The notes beneath the pieces are model-generated. The model was not told the DNA's origin. It worked only from the letters and a program-made list of their open reading frames with translations, and made no database searches. Positions 17,408-27,889 of a stretch of DNA of 64,000 bases are shown piece after piece. How positions within the stretch are numbered: the stretch's first letter is position 1; every line of letters starts with the position of its first letter. The DNA comes from Clostridia bacterium (GTDB taxonomy: Bacteria; Bacillota; Clostridia; Oscillospirales; CAG-272), in contig JAGDBK010000064.1 of NCBI GenBank assembly GCA_017959065.1, positions 1,775 to 65,774 of the forward strand. The letters run 5' to 3'. The position numbers were made by a program, and so were the translations under genes.

Positions 17408-18472
17408 ATGAGCATTACGCAAAATGAACTGAAAAGAATCCTTTCAAACAAGTTCAGGCTATCGTTCGGAACCAGAGGGACATTCAGGATCCTGCTGTTT
17501 TCCGACTTTCATTCTCATTACAAACATCAGGATCCGCGGACATATGAGGCTTTTGAGAAAATAATAGACGACAAAAACCCCGACCTTGTCTATTTGATGG
17601 GGGATCTTCCGGGAGGGCCGGTGAAACCGGCTGAAGCAGTTGAGATGCTTTCCGCGCTGTCGCGCCCGATGGACAAAAGAGGGATCCCGTGGACGCTGGT
17701 CTTCGGGAATCACGATGACAGCATCTGCAGAGGGATGCCGATGGACAGGATCGAGAAGCTGATGGAAAAGAAATGTCCCAACTGCATGATCAAAAATTAC
17801 GGAAAAAAGATCCACGGTTATTCAAATCATGCCATCCCGGTCTACCGGAGCGAGTCAGACGATTCGATATCATTTATTCTTTACGGGCTTGATGCGGGCC
17901 GGGACATCAGCGCGATGAATGAGGATTACGAATTAAACGGGGACATAATAGAGTTTCTTTCCGCCCCGAAGAGGCTGACGGCCAGGAGAAGGTTCGATAT
18001 AGTCCGTTTCGATCAGGTTATCTGGTATTGGGAACTGTCTAAAGCGGTAGAGACGATGAACGGAAAAACGCCGGCGCTTGTCATGACTCATTCCGGCGTG
18101 CAGGAGCTGAGGGTGCTTGGAGATTTTCCAAAGAATCTGGATGTCGACGGGGAGCTTGCCGAGGAGATAAAAGTCGGCGCGATCAACAGCGGCCTTTTCA
18201 CGGCAGGATTCCAGAGAGGCGATGTGATCGGGTTCTACTGCGGACATAATCACGTCAACACGGGGGAAGGGAAATACTGCGGAATACGGTTCGGATATGC
18301 CGGAAGCATAGGATATGACGCATACGGTACAAAAAAGCCGCATTCAGACAGGGAGAGAAACCGTCTTAGAGGCGCAAGGATGCTTACTTTCGATCGGGAC
18401 GATATAATCAATTACAGATCGGAATACATTTATGCGTCGGATTATGTTGCGCCGGTAATTGAAGTCAAATGA
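17408..18472 (+). CDS. Calcineurin-like metallophosphoesterase, copy 2
   Basis: Motifs LFSDFHS, LMGDLPGG, FGNHDDS and GHNHVN. Collinear paralogue of copy 1, starting 17 nt after its stop. Confidence 0.75.
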   Translation: MSITQNELKRILSNKFRLSFGTRGTFRILLFSDFHSHYKHQDPRTYEAFEKIIDDKNPDLVYLMGDLPGGPVKPAEAVEMLSALSRPMDKRGIPWTLVFGNHDDSICRGMPMDRIEKLMEKKCPNCMIKNYGKKIHGYSNHAIPVYRSESDDSISFILYGLDAGRDISAMNEDYELNGDIIEFLSAPKRLTARRRFDIVRFDQVIWYWELSKAVETMNGKTPALVMTHSGVQELRVLGDFPKNLDVDGELAEEIKVGAINSGLFTAGFQRGDVIGFYCGHNHVNTGEGKYCGIRFGYAGSIGYDAYGTKKPHSDRERNRLRGARMLTFDRDDIINYRSEYIYASDYVAPVIEVK

Positions 18473-18528
18473 AAGGGAAGTCTTTCTGACCGGATTTCAG
18501 CAAGCGGTCTACACAAATTACACAACAA

Positions 18529-18578
18529 AAATGAGCGTCTTCGCAGCACCCCTGTCCGGGTGATGAAGACGCTCATTT
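18529..18578. terminator. Hairpin between convergent genes (probable terminator)
   Basis: 14-bp stem AAATGAGCGTCTTC / GAAGACGCTCATTT with a 22-nt loop and T-rich 3' flank. The long loop lowers confidence. Confidence 0.45.
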
Positions 18579-18619
18579 CGGTTTTCAGACTGCTTGTCTG
18601 CAGGCATAAGCTGCAGATA

Positions 18620-19711
18620 TTACATTTCCTGGTTCTGAGGGACATCCAGAAGGGAAATGCCAGATATTACCTCTTCGTCGATCCAGACATCCTTCATCCT
18701 TTCATCGATCATTTCATCGAACTTATTATTTATGATCATATCCTCAAAACTGTCGAAGAACTCATAGTATTTTTCTTCTTCGTACGCTTTCTCTTCAAGC
18801 GGAAGACGCAGAACGAAATGAACGCCGTATTCACTTTCGGCCCTGCCCCACTGACCTTCCTCAAGGCCTTCCGATATTTCTATAACGTTGCCATAGTAAT
18901 TGGTCTGCTTGGTAAAATAGAAACCGTCAGGATAGTCCGCCGCCGCCGGATCTTCGGAATACGTGAGAATCAGGTCCTCAAAGTCACTTCCCGATTTCAG
19001 CATCTCTTCCAGAGAATCCGCCCTGTCCTTGGCGTTTTTTATTTCCTCTTCTGTTTTTGCCTCGGTCTTGGCGTAACCGGAATCATCAAAAATATAATTT
19101 CCGTCTTCATCGGTCAGTATATTGTATGCGGTATTGATGAAAATCGTTTTGATATGGAGAAAATTATCATTATAGTATGATTCCCGTTCATCATCCGTCA
19201 CTTTGTCTATACCGTTGTCTCCGTACAGATACGCATACGCGGCCTTGATCTTTGCGTCCTTCTCATATATCCCTTTCAGGATCTGGGCATTGACGCCGAA
19301 CTGTGCTGCGGCCAGATTGAATTCGGCGCGGCTGCCGTATTCGTCTATAAGCTGTTTGACCTCGCTTTCTATGGAAGCATAAACGTCGTTCGAAAGAGAC
19401 AGGCCGTATTCATCGAAAAGCGCGAGGCAGATCGCATTGATCTTTATGTTGTCCTTTACTATCTCCGAAAAGAAATCGGCGATGGTCGTCGTTCCTTCTT
19501 CATCCATTGTCTTGGTCCAGAAGGAGCGGTTGTCCTGACCGCTGTTGTAGGTTGAAAGGATCTGCGCCTTGTATCTGGAAAGATAGAATTGGTATTCGTT
19601 TGCTGTCAGAACGGTATTTTTGTATTTGATTGCCGCGGAACCGGTCCCGCATCCTGAAAATGACAGCAGGAGCGCAGCGGCGCATAACACGCACAGGATC
19701 TTTTTGATCAT
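18620..19711 (-). CDS. PrsA/SurA-like foldase lipoprotein (parvulin-type PPIase)
   Basis: Lipobox LLLSFSGCG. Parvulin-like C-terminus: SGSDFEDLILTYSED...SEYGVHFVLRL. It sits immediately downstream of mfd with a 4-nt overlap, as in many Firmicutes. Confidence 0.7.
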   Translation of the reverse strand: MIKKILCVLCAAALLLSFSGCGTGSAAIKYKNTVLTANEYQFYLSRYKAQILSTYNSGQDNRSFWTKTMDEEGTTTIADFFSEIVKDNIKINAICLALFDEYGLSLSNDVYASIESEVKQLIDEYGSRAEFNLAAAQFGVNAQILKGIYEKDAKIKAAYAYLYGDNGIDKVTDDERESYYNDNFLHIKTIFINTAYNILTDEDGNYIFDDSGYAKTEAKTEEEIKNAKDRADSLEEMLKSGSDFEDLILTYSEDPAAADYPDGFYFTKQTNYYGNVIEISEGLEEGQWGRAESEYGVHFVLRLPLEEKAYEEEKYYEFFDSFEDMIINNKFDEMIDERMKDVWIDEEVISGISLLDVPQNQEM

Positions 19712-22700
19712 TTTTTCTCTTCCTCCTCTTTCTGACTGTTGATCTTTTCCATCTCTGCCAGGTAATCCTTTGACAGATCTATTAATTTATCGATAAAAGC
19801 CGGGGAATTTGTAGCTTTTATCTTTACTACGGGATCAGGCAGCATGGTGATCGTTATATTGGGATATCTGTCATGCAGTTCGAGCCATGCAAGCGGTACC
19901 ATTTCCTTCAGCTTGATTATCCCGTTGCCTCCTCTTACGGAAACAGACAGGAATCCGGCCTTTTCTCCCAGCGCTCTCAGGAATGACAGGCGGCAGATGT
20001 TCCGGGCTTCCGGGGGCAGCTCCCCGAACCTGTCGCACAGTTCTCCGCAGATATCGTCAAAATCAAGATCGGATTCTATGGTGGCGATCTTTTTATACAT
20101 TTCCATCCTTTGCGCGGAATAAGGAATGTATTTTTCGGAAAGATAAGCGTTGTAAGGCATTTCAAGCTTGCATTCGGTCTTCGGTGCCGGCTTTATGCCT
20201 TTTTCCTCAAGGATCGCCTCGTTAAGAAGTTTAATATACAGGTCATACCCGATCGCATCCATATGGCCGTGCTGCTCGGCGCCGAGGATGTTTCCGGCGC
20301 CGCGTATCTCCAGATCTCGCAATGCTATCTTGAAACCGGCTCCGAACTCGGTAAACTCCTTTATGGATGAAAGCCTCTTTTCGGCGATCTCGGAGATCGC
20401 CTTTCCTTTCGGAAATGTAAGATAGGCATAGGCGCGCCGATGGCTTCTGCCCACCCGGCCCCTGATCTGGTGAAGCTGAGCCAGACCCATACGGTCCGCG
20501 TTTTCAATAATCAGCGTATTGGCATTGGGTACATCTATCCCGGTCTCGATTATCGTGGTTGAAACCAGGATGTCGATATCTCCGGCGAGCACGGACTGCC
20601 AGATATCCTCAAGCTGGGTCTTGTCCATCTTACCGTGTGCGACAGCGATCCTCGCTTCAGGGAATTCCTCTCTCAGCTTTACAGCCCGGGAAGAGATCGT
20701 TTCTACCCGGTTGTACAGGTAGAATACCTGACCTCCGCGCATTAGTTCCTTCCTGATCGCTTCGGCGATAATCAGGTCATCGTGTTCCAGTACATAAGTC
20801 TGTACGGGGAGCCGCTCTCCCGGCGCCTCGTCGAGTATCGACATGTCGCGGATCCCGCTCATGGCCATGTTCAGCGTCCTGGGGATCGGGGTCGCGGAGA
20901 GGGTAAGCACATCCACATTGCGGGCGAACTGCTTTATCTTTTCCTTCTGGGCAACGCCGAATCTCTGTTCTTCGTCAATGATCAGGAGGCCCAGATCCTT
21001 AAATTCAATATCCGAAGACAGAATACGGTGCGTTCCAATCAGCAGGTCTATGTCTCCGCGCTTGACACGCCGGATTATCTCCGCCTGTTCCTTTGCCGTC
21101 CGGAATCTGGAAAGCATCTCCGTTTTTACCGAGAACTGTCTCATCCGGCTCTCTGCGGTAGAGAGGTGCTGGTAGGCGAGTATAGTGGTCGGGACCAGCA
21201 GAGCGACCTGCTTTCCGGCAAGGATGCATTTCATTGCCGCACGAAGAGCCACTTCGGTTTTTCCGTAACCGACATCTCCGCAGAGGAGCCTGTCCATCGG
21301 ATAGCGTTCCTCCATGTCGGATTTGATCTCTTTTTCGGCTATGAGCTGGCTTTCCGTCTCTTCAAACTCGAAAGTGCTGTTGAATTCGCGGCAAAGGTCG
21401 TCATCGGGCGGGAAAGCATATCCGGGAGTCCTGGTGCGTTCAGCGTAGAGCTTAATAAGCTCGGCTGCCATTTTCTTTGCGGCTGCTTTTGCTTTCGCCG
21501 AAGTCGTCTTCCATTCCGTCCCGCCTAATTTGGACAGTTTGATCCGGCCGTCATCGGTATGAGCGCCTATGTATTTGGAGATCACATCCAGCTGGTCGGT
21601 CGGGATAAAAAGTCTGTCGGATCCGGCATAGGTGATTTTTATGTAATCTCTGGTCACTCCGGCGACGGTGATGTTTTCAATTCCCTCATATCTTCCTATA
21701 CCGTAAGACTGGTGAACTACGTAATCGCCTTCTGTAAGGTCGGCATAGGAGAGTATTCTCTGCTCGGCGCTCCTTTTTGACTTCCCCTGGTTCCGCTTCG
21801 GTCTCTTTTTCAGGGAATATCTGTCGGGAAGCGACGTCAGAAACGCGAATTTGCTCCCTGACAGTTCAAAGCCGGAATTGAACTCTTCCGCCGGCAGTAC
21901 CAGAACTGTTCCTCCGGGCAGAGTGTCGGGGGAGTAATCCGGACTGTTGATAACGATAAATCCGTCATTTCTGAGCGAATCAGAAAGGGATCTCGCGCCG
22001 GATTCCCCTTCGGCGCAGAGAACGACATGCCATCCGAATTTTGTGTAGTTCTCAAGATCTTCGACCAGAAGAGGATACTTGTCACAGTATGAAACGGTAT
22101 GCTTTGACAGAAACGTGTACAGTCCGCCCTGCCGGGCTCCGGAAGTGTTTCTGAGAAATGTGTCGATGACGATGTTGTGGCACGGCGTGCGGTATGGCTC
22201 TATGGAAGAACCGGGTTTGGCGAACTCGGCAATCTCTGGCAGTATCAGGCCCTCTTCCAGCAGGAATTCTGTATCGGCAGAGTAATTCCATTCGCTGGCT
22301 GAGATATTGTCCTGTATTGAGTTGCTGTCTCTTGAGATCACAAGGTCTCCGCGGTTCAAATAGTCCAGCAGACAGGTTTTGTCTTTATACGCAATCGAAA
22401 CGTATTTATCCGCGAAATTGGTCGCACCCCCGTCCCGTACGGCTTCAAGGCAGGAGAGTTCCCCGCGGAGACTGTCCGATGCGGCGGGTGAAATGTCGGA
22501 AGCAAGGAGCTTTTCTATGGACTTTTTAATTCTATCGACCGCATCTTTATCCGGTACTATTTCTCTTGAAGGTATTATTATCGCTTCCTCAAGCGGGGAG
22601 ATCATCCTTTGGGTCTCGACATCGAGAACGCCGAGTCTGTCGATTTCATCGCCGAAGAGTTCCATTCTGAATGGCCCACTTGCCGGAGAATAGATATCGA

Positions 22701-23283
22701 CAATGCCTCCACGTACGGAAAACTGTCCGGGTCCTTCAAGGAGATCTACCCGGACATACCCACCGGCCACCAGATTGCGGATCAGTTCCTCCAGATTGAC
22801 GGAACCGCCCTCGCTGACGGATACGGATAAATCGAGGAACCTGTCCGGTGGAATTGTGTACATGAGCGCGGCGGAAGGAGAGGAAACGATAATGCGGCTC
22901 TTTTTGACAGTCAGTGAATAAAGCACAGATAACCTCTCATGCTCAAACTCATGGGAGGCTGTACTGTTATGATAGTTTAAAGTTCGTGAGGGGTACTGGA
23001 CTGCGTCCAGACCGGCGGAGTTCAAATATCTGACCAGGCTGGCCGCCGCAATGTCGTCCGGTACAAGACAGAAAGAAGAAGACTGCGGGTTATGCTCGGA
23101 AAAATCCGAAATAACCGCGGCTATGAATGCAGGGACAGCTCCTTCCGAAAGTCCGTTGACCACATGGGGAAGGACGGAGGTCTTCCCGGCGCAGGACTCG
23201 TGATTCAGAGCTTCTCTGAGACGCTCGTACTCTTTCTCTTTTCTGACAAATCCCTCGGAAATTCTTAGGCAATCTAAGTCCAA
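19708..23283 (-). CDS. mfd: Transcription-repair coupling factor
   Basis: 1191 aa. Motifs: LLCGDVGYGKTEVALRAA, IIDEEQRFGV and QLHQIRGRVGRS. TTG start at 23283, with SD GGAGAAA 5-6 nt upstream. Confidence 0.95.
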   Translation of the reverse strand: MDLDCLRISEGFVRKEKEYERLREALNHESCAGKTSVLPHVVNGLSEGAVPAFIAAVISDFSEHNPQSSSFCLVPDDIAAASLVRYLNSAGLDAVQYPSRTLNYHNSTASHEFEHERLSVLYSLTVKKSRIIVSSPSAALMYTIPPDRFLDLSVSVSEGGSVNLEELIRNLVAGGYVRVDLLEGPGQFSVRGGIVDIYSPASGPFRMELFGDEIDRLGVLDVETQRMISPLEEAIIIPSREIVPDKDAVDRIKKSIEKLLASDISPAASDSLRGELSCLEAVRDGGATNFADKYVSIAYKDKTCLLDYLNRGDLVISRDSNSIQDNISASEWNYSADTEFLLEEGLILPEIAEFAKPGSSIEPYRTPCHNIVIDTFLRNTSGARQGGLYTFLSKHTVSYCDKYPLLVEDLENYTKFGWHVVLCAEGESGARSLSDSLRNDGFIVINSPDYSPDTLPGGTVLVLPAEEFNSGFELSGSKFAFLTSLPDRYSLKKRPKRNQGKSKRSAEQRILSYADLTEGDYVVHQSYGIGRYEGIENITVAGVTRDYIKITYAGSDRLFIPTDQLDVISKYIGAHTDDGRIKLSKLGGTEWKTTSAKAKAAAKKMAAELIKLYAERTRTPGYAFPPDDDLCREFNSTFEFEETESQLIAEKEIKSDMEERYPMDRLLCGDVGYGKTEVALRAAMKCILAGKQVALLVPTTILAYQHLSTAESRMRQFSVKTEMLSRFRTAKEQAEIIRRVKRGDIDLLIGTHRILSSDIEFKDLGLLIIDEEQRFGVAQKEKIKQFARNVDVLTLSATPIPRTLNMAMSGIRDMSILDEAPGERLPVQTYVLEHDDLIIAEAIRKELMRGGQVFYLYNRVETISSRAVKLREEFPEARIAVAHGKMDKTQLEDIWQSVLAGDIDILVSTTIIETGIDVPNANTLIIENADRMGLAQLHQIRGRVGRSHRRAYAYLTFPKGKAISEIAEKRLSSIKEFTEFGAGFKIALRDLEIRGAGNILGAEQHGHMDAIGYDLYIKLLNEAILEEKGIKPAPKTECKLEMPYNAYLSEKYIPYSAQRMEMYKKIATIESDLDFDDICGELCDRFGELPPEARNICRLSFLRALGEKAGFLSVSVRGGNGIIKLKEMVPLAWLELHDRYPNITITMLPDPVVKIKATNSPAFIDKLIDLSKDYLAEMEKINSQKEEEEKK

Positions 23284-23470
23284 ATCATTTCTCCAGGAAT
23301 CAATAGTTCTGGACTGCGTTACCGCAATTGTCCGGATAATAATTTATCACATAGATTTTTCAATGTCAAGGCGGGTTTGAGCCGGGACCGCCTTAAGCAT
23401 GATTCCGGCTTCTGTGTATAGTTCGGGATTTTGATCCGATTTCGGCAAAAGGCCGGGACAAAACTTCCCC

Positions 23471-23499
23471 TTGACCATTTTTTTCTGTTGCGATATAAT
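23471..23499 (+). promoter_or_regulatory. Sigma-A promoter of the M23 peptidase gene
   Basis: TTGACC (23471-23476), 17-nt spacer, TATAAT (23494-23499). Confidence 0.65.
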
Positions 23500-23590
23500 A
23501 ACATTGGAGATTTGTATTTCCGTCTGATTGATCATTCTCTGTTCTCGAAAGAGGATTATTAGTTGAAAGGGAAAGTGTGGCGTTTGGCAT

Positions 23591-25228
23591 ATGAAAAGTA
23601 AATTTACCGCATTGGTCCTAGCGTTGCTGCTTCTGATTCCGAGCGCAGTGGCAGTATGGAGTTACGTTTCGACGAATAACGCGCCTTTGACCGATGATGT
23701 AATAGACACCATCGGGATATCCGATCTCGACGGCAGGTCATATACTCTGAAAAAGGACGACGATTCGGAATCGGCCGCGGAAATGTTCTCGGCCATCCTT
23801 GAAGCGAACAAGAATTCCGAGAACGTGATCGGCGGACTTCCCGAGCCTCTTATAGGAACCAAGTTCTACTCGGTTTCTTTTTACGGAAAGGGAGACACCC
23901 TGAACTATCAGTATTATTTTTCCCCGTCCTCGACAGACGCGTATTATCTTGACGAGAAAGCGCAGGCGTACAAGCTGCCGACCGATTTTGTCAACTATTT
24001 CCATGCCAGCGATTATTCCATGAGCCTGTATGACACGGCGCACGGGCCTGTTCTTACCGTGGGCGGGAAGTATGTCGTGGCTGCGAAAAAGATCAGCTGG
24101 CAGTACAAGCTTCCTGACGGAAGCTATTCGGACAACTGTTCACTTTCCTCCGAGACTACAGAGGGCGAGTATTTTCTTGATGACGGAATTAAGCTCGGCT
24201 TCACCTATCAGCCGGATCTGCTGAACGTAAAAGTCCTTGACGGCAGTACGGTGATATTTGATGACGAGTATTCCAAACTGACTCCTTTCAGGTTTGAAAA
24301 GGCAAGGAAGATCTCAGTAGAGCTCGATGTTTCCTGGTACAAAGACGAGTCGCGTGATTATTACGGCGAAGCGAAATATTCTTTTTCCACCGAGGTACCT
24401 GCGGTGGCGGATTTCGCCGTGAACAAGACACAGATCGAGCCCGGCGACTTCGTTCTCGTGAGCGTCTCCAATGTTTACGATACATCAAAGCTTTCCTTCT
24501 CCTGTGATCCTGACATAAGCTATGAACCCAAGTTCTTCCTGGACGGGACGATTGCCAGAGCGCTGGTTCCGATCAGCTATGAACTGGAGGACGGCAATTA
24601 TGCCATGACTCTTGGATACGGGCAGGAGACCAGAAAATACGACATAACGGTATCTCCCAAAAAGTTCAAAAAAGTTCCGGTGGCTATTTCTTCGGAAGTG
24701 GAAAAAGCCACGCGAACGGAAGAAACGCTGAAAGAATTTGAAGATACGCTCGGACCGATAGCCAGCGAAGGGAGTTCCACCATCAGTTTTACGAACGGCA
24801 AATTCAGGGATTATACCGTGGACGATAAAGGATTTGCGATTTCTGCCGGCATCGGCGTAACAAAGACCATTTCCCCGTCCGGAACGACATACAGACACAA
24901 CGGAGTCGATTTTAAAATCACTGTCGGCGCGGACGTCCCCGCGGTTATGGACGGTGAAGTCGTATATACCGGGTCCACCGCCCTTTCCGGAAATCTTATT
25001 GTCATCGAGCATGGTCTTGGACTGAAGAGCTGGTATGCTCATCTCGGAGAGATAACCGTCAAGAAGGGCGATAAGATCGAGAAGGGACAGATAATAGCCA
25101 AGACGGGAGCGACCGGGTTTACCAACGGAACCACCCTTCATCTTGGACTGACAGTATTTGATGTCCCGGTCAGCATCTATCCGCTTTGGGAAGAGCCGGG
25201 GCTTGAAGTGGTCGATCCGAAGCAATAA
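23591..25228 (+). CDS. M23-family metallopeptidase (membrane-anchored)
   Basis: N-terminal TM segment ALVLALLLLIPSAVAVW. C-terminal motifs: YRHNGVDF, SGNLIVIEHG and TLHLGLTV. Confidence 0.85.
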   Translation: MKSKFTALVLALLLLIPSAVAVWSYVSTNNAPLTDDVIDTIGISDLDGRSYTLKKDDDSESAAEMFSAILEANKNSENVIGGLPEPLIGTKFYSVSFYGKGDTLNYQYYFSPSSTDAYYLDEKAQAYKLPTDFVNYFHASDYSMSLYDTAHGPVLTVGGKYVVAAKKISWQYKLPDGSYSDNCSLSSETTEGEYFLDDGIKLGFTYQPDLLNVKVLDGSTVIFDDEYSKLTPFRFEKARKISVELDVSWYKDESRDYYGEAKYSFSTEVPAVADFAVNKTQIEPGDFVLVSVSNVYDTSKLSFSCDPDISYEPKFFLDGTIARALVPISYELEDGNYAMTLGYGQETRKYDITVSPKKFKKVPVAISSEVEKATRTEETLKEFEDTLGPIASEGSSTISFTNGKFRDYTVDDKGFAISAGIGVTKTISPSGTTYRHNGVDFKITVGADVPAVMDGEVVYTGSTALSGNLIVIEHGLGLKSWYAHLGEITVKKGDKIEKGQIIAKTGATGFTNGTTLHLGLTVFDVPVSIYPLWEEPGLEVVDPKQ

Positions 25229-25256
25229 CGTTCTGCCGCGATTCGGGCAGTGTACT

Positions 25257-25282
25257 CAAGAGGGCCGATATCGGCCCTCTTG
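25257..25282 (+). terminator. Intrinsic terminator after the M23 peptidase gene
   Basis: Perfect palindrome CAAGAGGGCCGA-TA-TCGGCCCTCTTG, followed by TTAATT. Confidence 0.55.
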
Positions 25283-25342
25283 TTAATTGAAGGTTTTTCC
25301 GGCCGTTATAGGCATCTCATAAACCCCGGAGGGAAAGCCAAA

Positions 25343-27406
25343 GTGAATAGATCAGAAGAAAACAGTTTAAAAAGAGTTCCGGAGCTTTTAGCGCCTGCCG
25401 GTTCCAGGGAATCGCTCGAGGCAGCCATCGAAGGCGGCGCTGATGCGGTTTACCTCGGGCTCTCTCAATACGGTGCGAGGGCGTATGCCAAGAATTTTAC
25501 AGTCGAGGGGCTTTCCGAAGCCGCAAGACTGGCCCATTCATACGGGGTCAGCGTTTATGTCACGATGAACACGCTCGTCTTCGACAGGGAACTGGACGAC
25601 TGGCTCAGGCAGGCATATAGAGCCGCTGAAGCCGGCGCGGATGCCCTTATCGTCGCGGACGTCGGCGCGATATCTTTGTGCAGGCGGTATTTCCCGGAGA
25701 TACGGCTTCACGGGAGCACTCAGATGACCTGTCATAATGCTGAGGGCGCGGAGGAGATCGCCAGACTCGGGTGCTCGCGTGTGGTCATAGCGAGAGAACT
25801 CCCGTTTTCCGAAGCGGCGGATATCATCGGTAGAACGGAAATCGAAACCGAGATGTTTGTCCATGGAGCGCTATGCGTTTCCGTTTCCGGCCAGTGTCTG
25901 ATGAGTTCGATGATCGGGGGCAGAAGCGGCAACAGAGGCGAATGCGCTCAGCCGTGCCGCCTGCCGTACGGAAAGGGTTATCCGCTGAGTCTGAAAGATC
26001 TGTGTCTCGCGCGGCATATTCCTGAGATCATTTCTTCCGGAGTCGATTCCCTCAAGATCGAGGGAAGGATGAAATCACCGGATTATGTCCTCGGGGTGAC
26101 GCGGGTATACAGAAAGCTGATCGATGATAACAGGGCGGCAACAGCGGAAGAGATCAAAGAAATGTCCGAGATCTTTTCCAGAAGCGGATTCACGGACGGT
26201 TATTACTCCGGTCATAAAGGCCGTGAAATGCTGGGGACCAGGAGCAGAGAGGACAAAGACAATACGGAAAAGAAGGCTCTCGGTTTTGCCGGCTTAACAA
26301 GGAAGATAGGACTGGACCTTAATGTCACGTTAAGACCGGATATGCCTTCGAGGCTTGAGGTCTCGGCCGGGAATGGAAAGAAAGCCGTAGTATACGGAGA
26401 AGTTTGTGAAAAAGCGGTAAACGCCCCGCTTACCGAAGAAACGGTTAAGAGGAATCTCGGACGATTCGGAGGCACGATCTACAGACCTGACAGCATATCG
26501 GTGGATATGGCTCCGGGCGTTATGCTTAGGATCTCACAGCTGAATTCGCTCCGGCGTGCTGCCGTGGAGGAGCTGGAGAAGACCCGGGACGGATCAAAGC
26601 ATAAGGAATTCCCGAAGATCGAACCATTAACGGGAGCGGATGTTCAGGAACCCCGGAGGTTCAAGATCGCGGTGTTTGAGGATCCCGGGCAGATCCCAGA
26701 CGGCGCATATGATTATTTTGACGAATTGTTTGTCCCGTTAGGAAGATATGAAGGAAGCACGGGAGGAGTTATCATGCCTGCCGTCATTTACCCGGGGGAA
26801 AGGGACCGGATCGAGCGCCATATCGAGCGGGCGGCTCGGCTTGGCGCGAAAACCGCGCTGGCGGAGAACGTTTCACAGCTCGAGATGCTCAGGAAGTCCG
26901 GATTCAATGTAATGGGCGGGATGAGGCTGAACATCACGAACAACGTTTCTGCCCGGTATTATATGAATATGGGAGTCGGCTCATTTATCCTGTCTCCGGA
27001 GATGAGCCTGCCTCAGATAAGGGATATTCGGGGAAATAAAGCCGCGGTGGTATACGGAAGGATCCCGCTGATGCTGACGGAAAAGTGCGTCATTTCGGAG
27101 TTGAGCGGGTGTAAAGGGAACGGATGTCCGGGGCATGCAACGCTTACGGACAGGACAGGGGCCGGGTTTCCGGTGCGAAGAGCCGATTCATGCGAGGCCT
27201 TCTCCGAGTGCGGGAAGTGCAGGAACGAGATTTTAAACAGCGTTCCCGTGTATATGGCCGACAGGAGAGACCAGCTTGACAGATACGACGTCAGGGGCTG
27301 GGTGTTCCTGTTTTCGGACGAAAGCAGGCCGGAAGTTGAAAGGATAATAAAATCTTTCGTCGAAGGAGAACCCATGGACGGGGCGTTCCGAAGAATTAGA
27401 TCATGA
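25343..27406 (+). CDS. U32-family peptidase (long, ~687 aa form)
   Basis: GTG 25343, with SD GGAGGGA 8 nt upstream. Motifs PELLAPAGS and the U32 signature EMFVHGALCVSVSGQCLMS. The track ORF start at 25250 lies inside the upstream terminator. Confidence 0.85.
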   Translation: MNRSEENSLKRVPELLAPAGSRESLEAAIEGGADAVYLGLSQYGARAYAKNFTVEGLSEAARLAHSYGVSVYVTMNTLVFDRELDDWLRQAYRAAEAGADALIVADVGAISLCRRYFPEIRLHGSTQMTCHNAEGAEEIARLGCSRVVIARELPFSEAADIIGRTEIETEMFVHGALCVSVSGQCLMSSMIGGRSGNRGECAQPCRLPYGKGYPLSLKDLCLARHIPEIISSGVDSLKIEGRMKSPDYVLGVTRVYRKLIDDNRAATAEEIKEMSEIFSRSGFTDGYYSGHKGREMLGTRSREDKDNTEKKALGFAGLTRKIGLDLNVTLRPDMPSRLEVSAGNGKKAVVYGEVCEKAVNAPLTEETVKRNLGRFGGTIYRPDSISVDMAPGVMLRISQLNSLRRAAVEELEKTRDGSKHKEFPKIEPLTGADVQEPRRFKIAVFEDPGQIPDGAYDYFDELFVPLGRYEGSTGGVIMPAVIYPGERDRIERHIERAARLGAKTALAENVSQLEMLRKSGFNVMGGMRLNITNNVSARYYMNMGVGSFILSPEMSLPQIRDIRGNKAAVVYGRIPLMLTEKCVISELSGCKGNGCPGHATLTDRTGAGFPVRRADSCEAFSECGKCRNEILNSVPVYMADRRDQLDRYDVRGWVFLFSDESRPEVERIIKSFVEGEPMDGAFRRIRS

Positions 27407-27529
27407 TCCGAACGCATGCCGGCCTTGGTGCCGGAAAAGAAAATGACCCCGGATTATTCAACCGGAACAGAGCAGGCAGACCGGGAAAATCCGGATGATT
27501 CATCAAATTTCGACTTGCTGAAAAAATTC

Positions 27530-27559
27530 TTGACAACAGCATCTTGTTTGTGGTAGAAT
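27530..27559 (+). promoter_or_regulatory. Sigma-A promoter of the rpmG-secE-nusG-rplKA cluster
   Basis: TTGACA (27530-27535), 18-nt spacer, TAGAAT (27554-27559). Confidence 0.6.
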
Positions 27560-27701
27560 ATTTCTACCTCTTTGGCGGGGGTTTTTTTGTCTTGCCTTTT
27601 TGCGCCGGAAGACAGAACACCGCCCGTATGAGGGAGGCAGACTAAGAAGGCAGACCGGCGCGGCCGTATGTCTTCTAATACAAGATGGAGGTGCCGATAT
27701 A

Positions 27702-27851
27702 ATGAGAGACAAAGTAACTCTTGCGTGTTCAGAGTGCAAGCACAGGAACTACGATACGAAAAAGAACAAGAAGAACAATCCCGAAAGACTCGAGATGAAC
27801 AAGTATTGCCGTTTCTGCCGCAAACACACTTTGCACAGAGAGACAAAGTAA
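27702..27851 (+). CDS. rpmG: 50S ribosomal protein L33
   Basis: Sequence [49 protein letters not shown] (49 aa). SD GGAGGTG is present. It lies inside the longer 83-aa track ORF. Confidence 0.95.
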   Translation: MRDKVTLACSECKHRNYDTKKNKKNNPERLEMNKYCRFCRKHTLHRETK

Positions 27852-27889
27852 TCTGATGTTAAACTGTATCTAGGAGAGGAATCGGAAAA

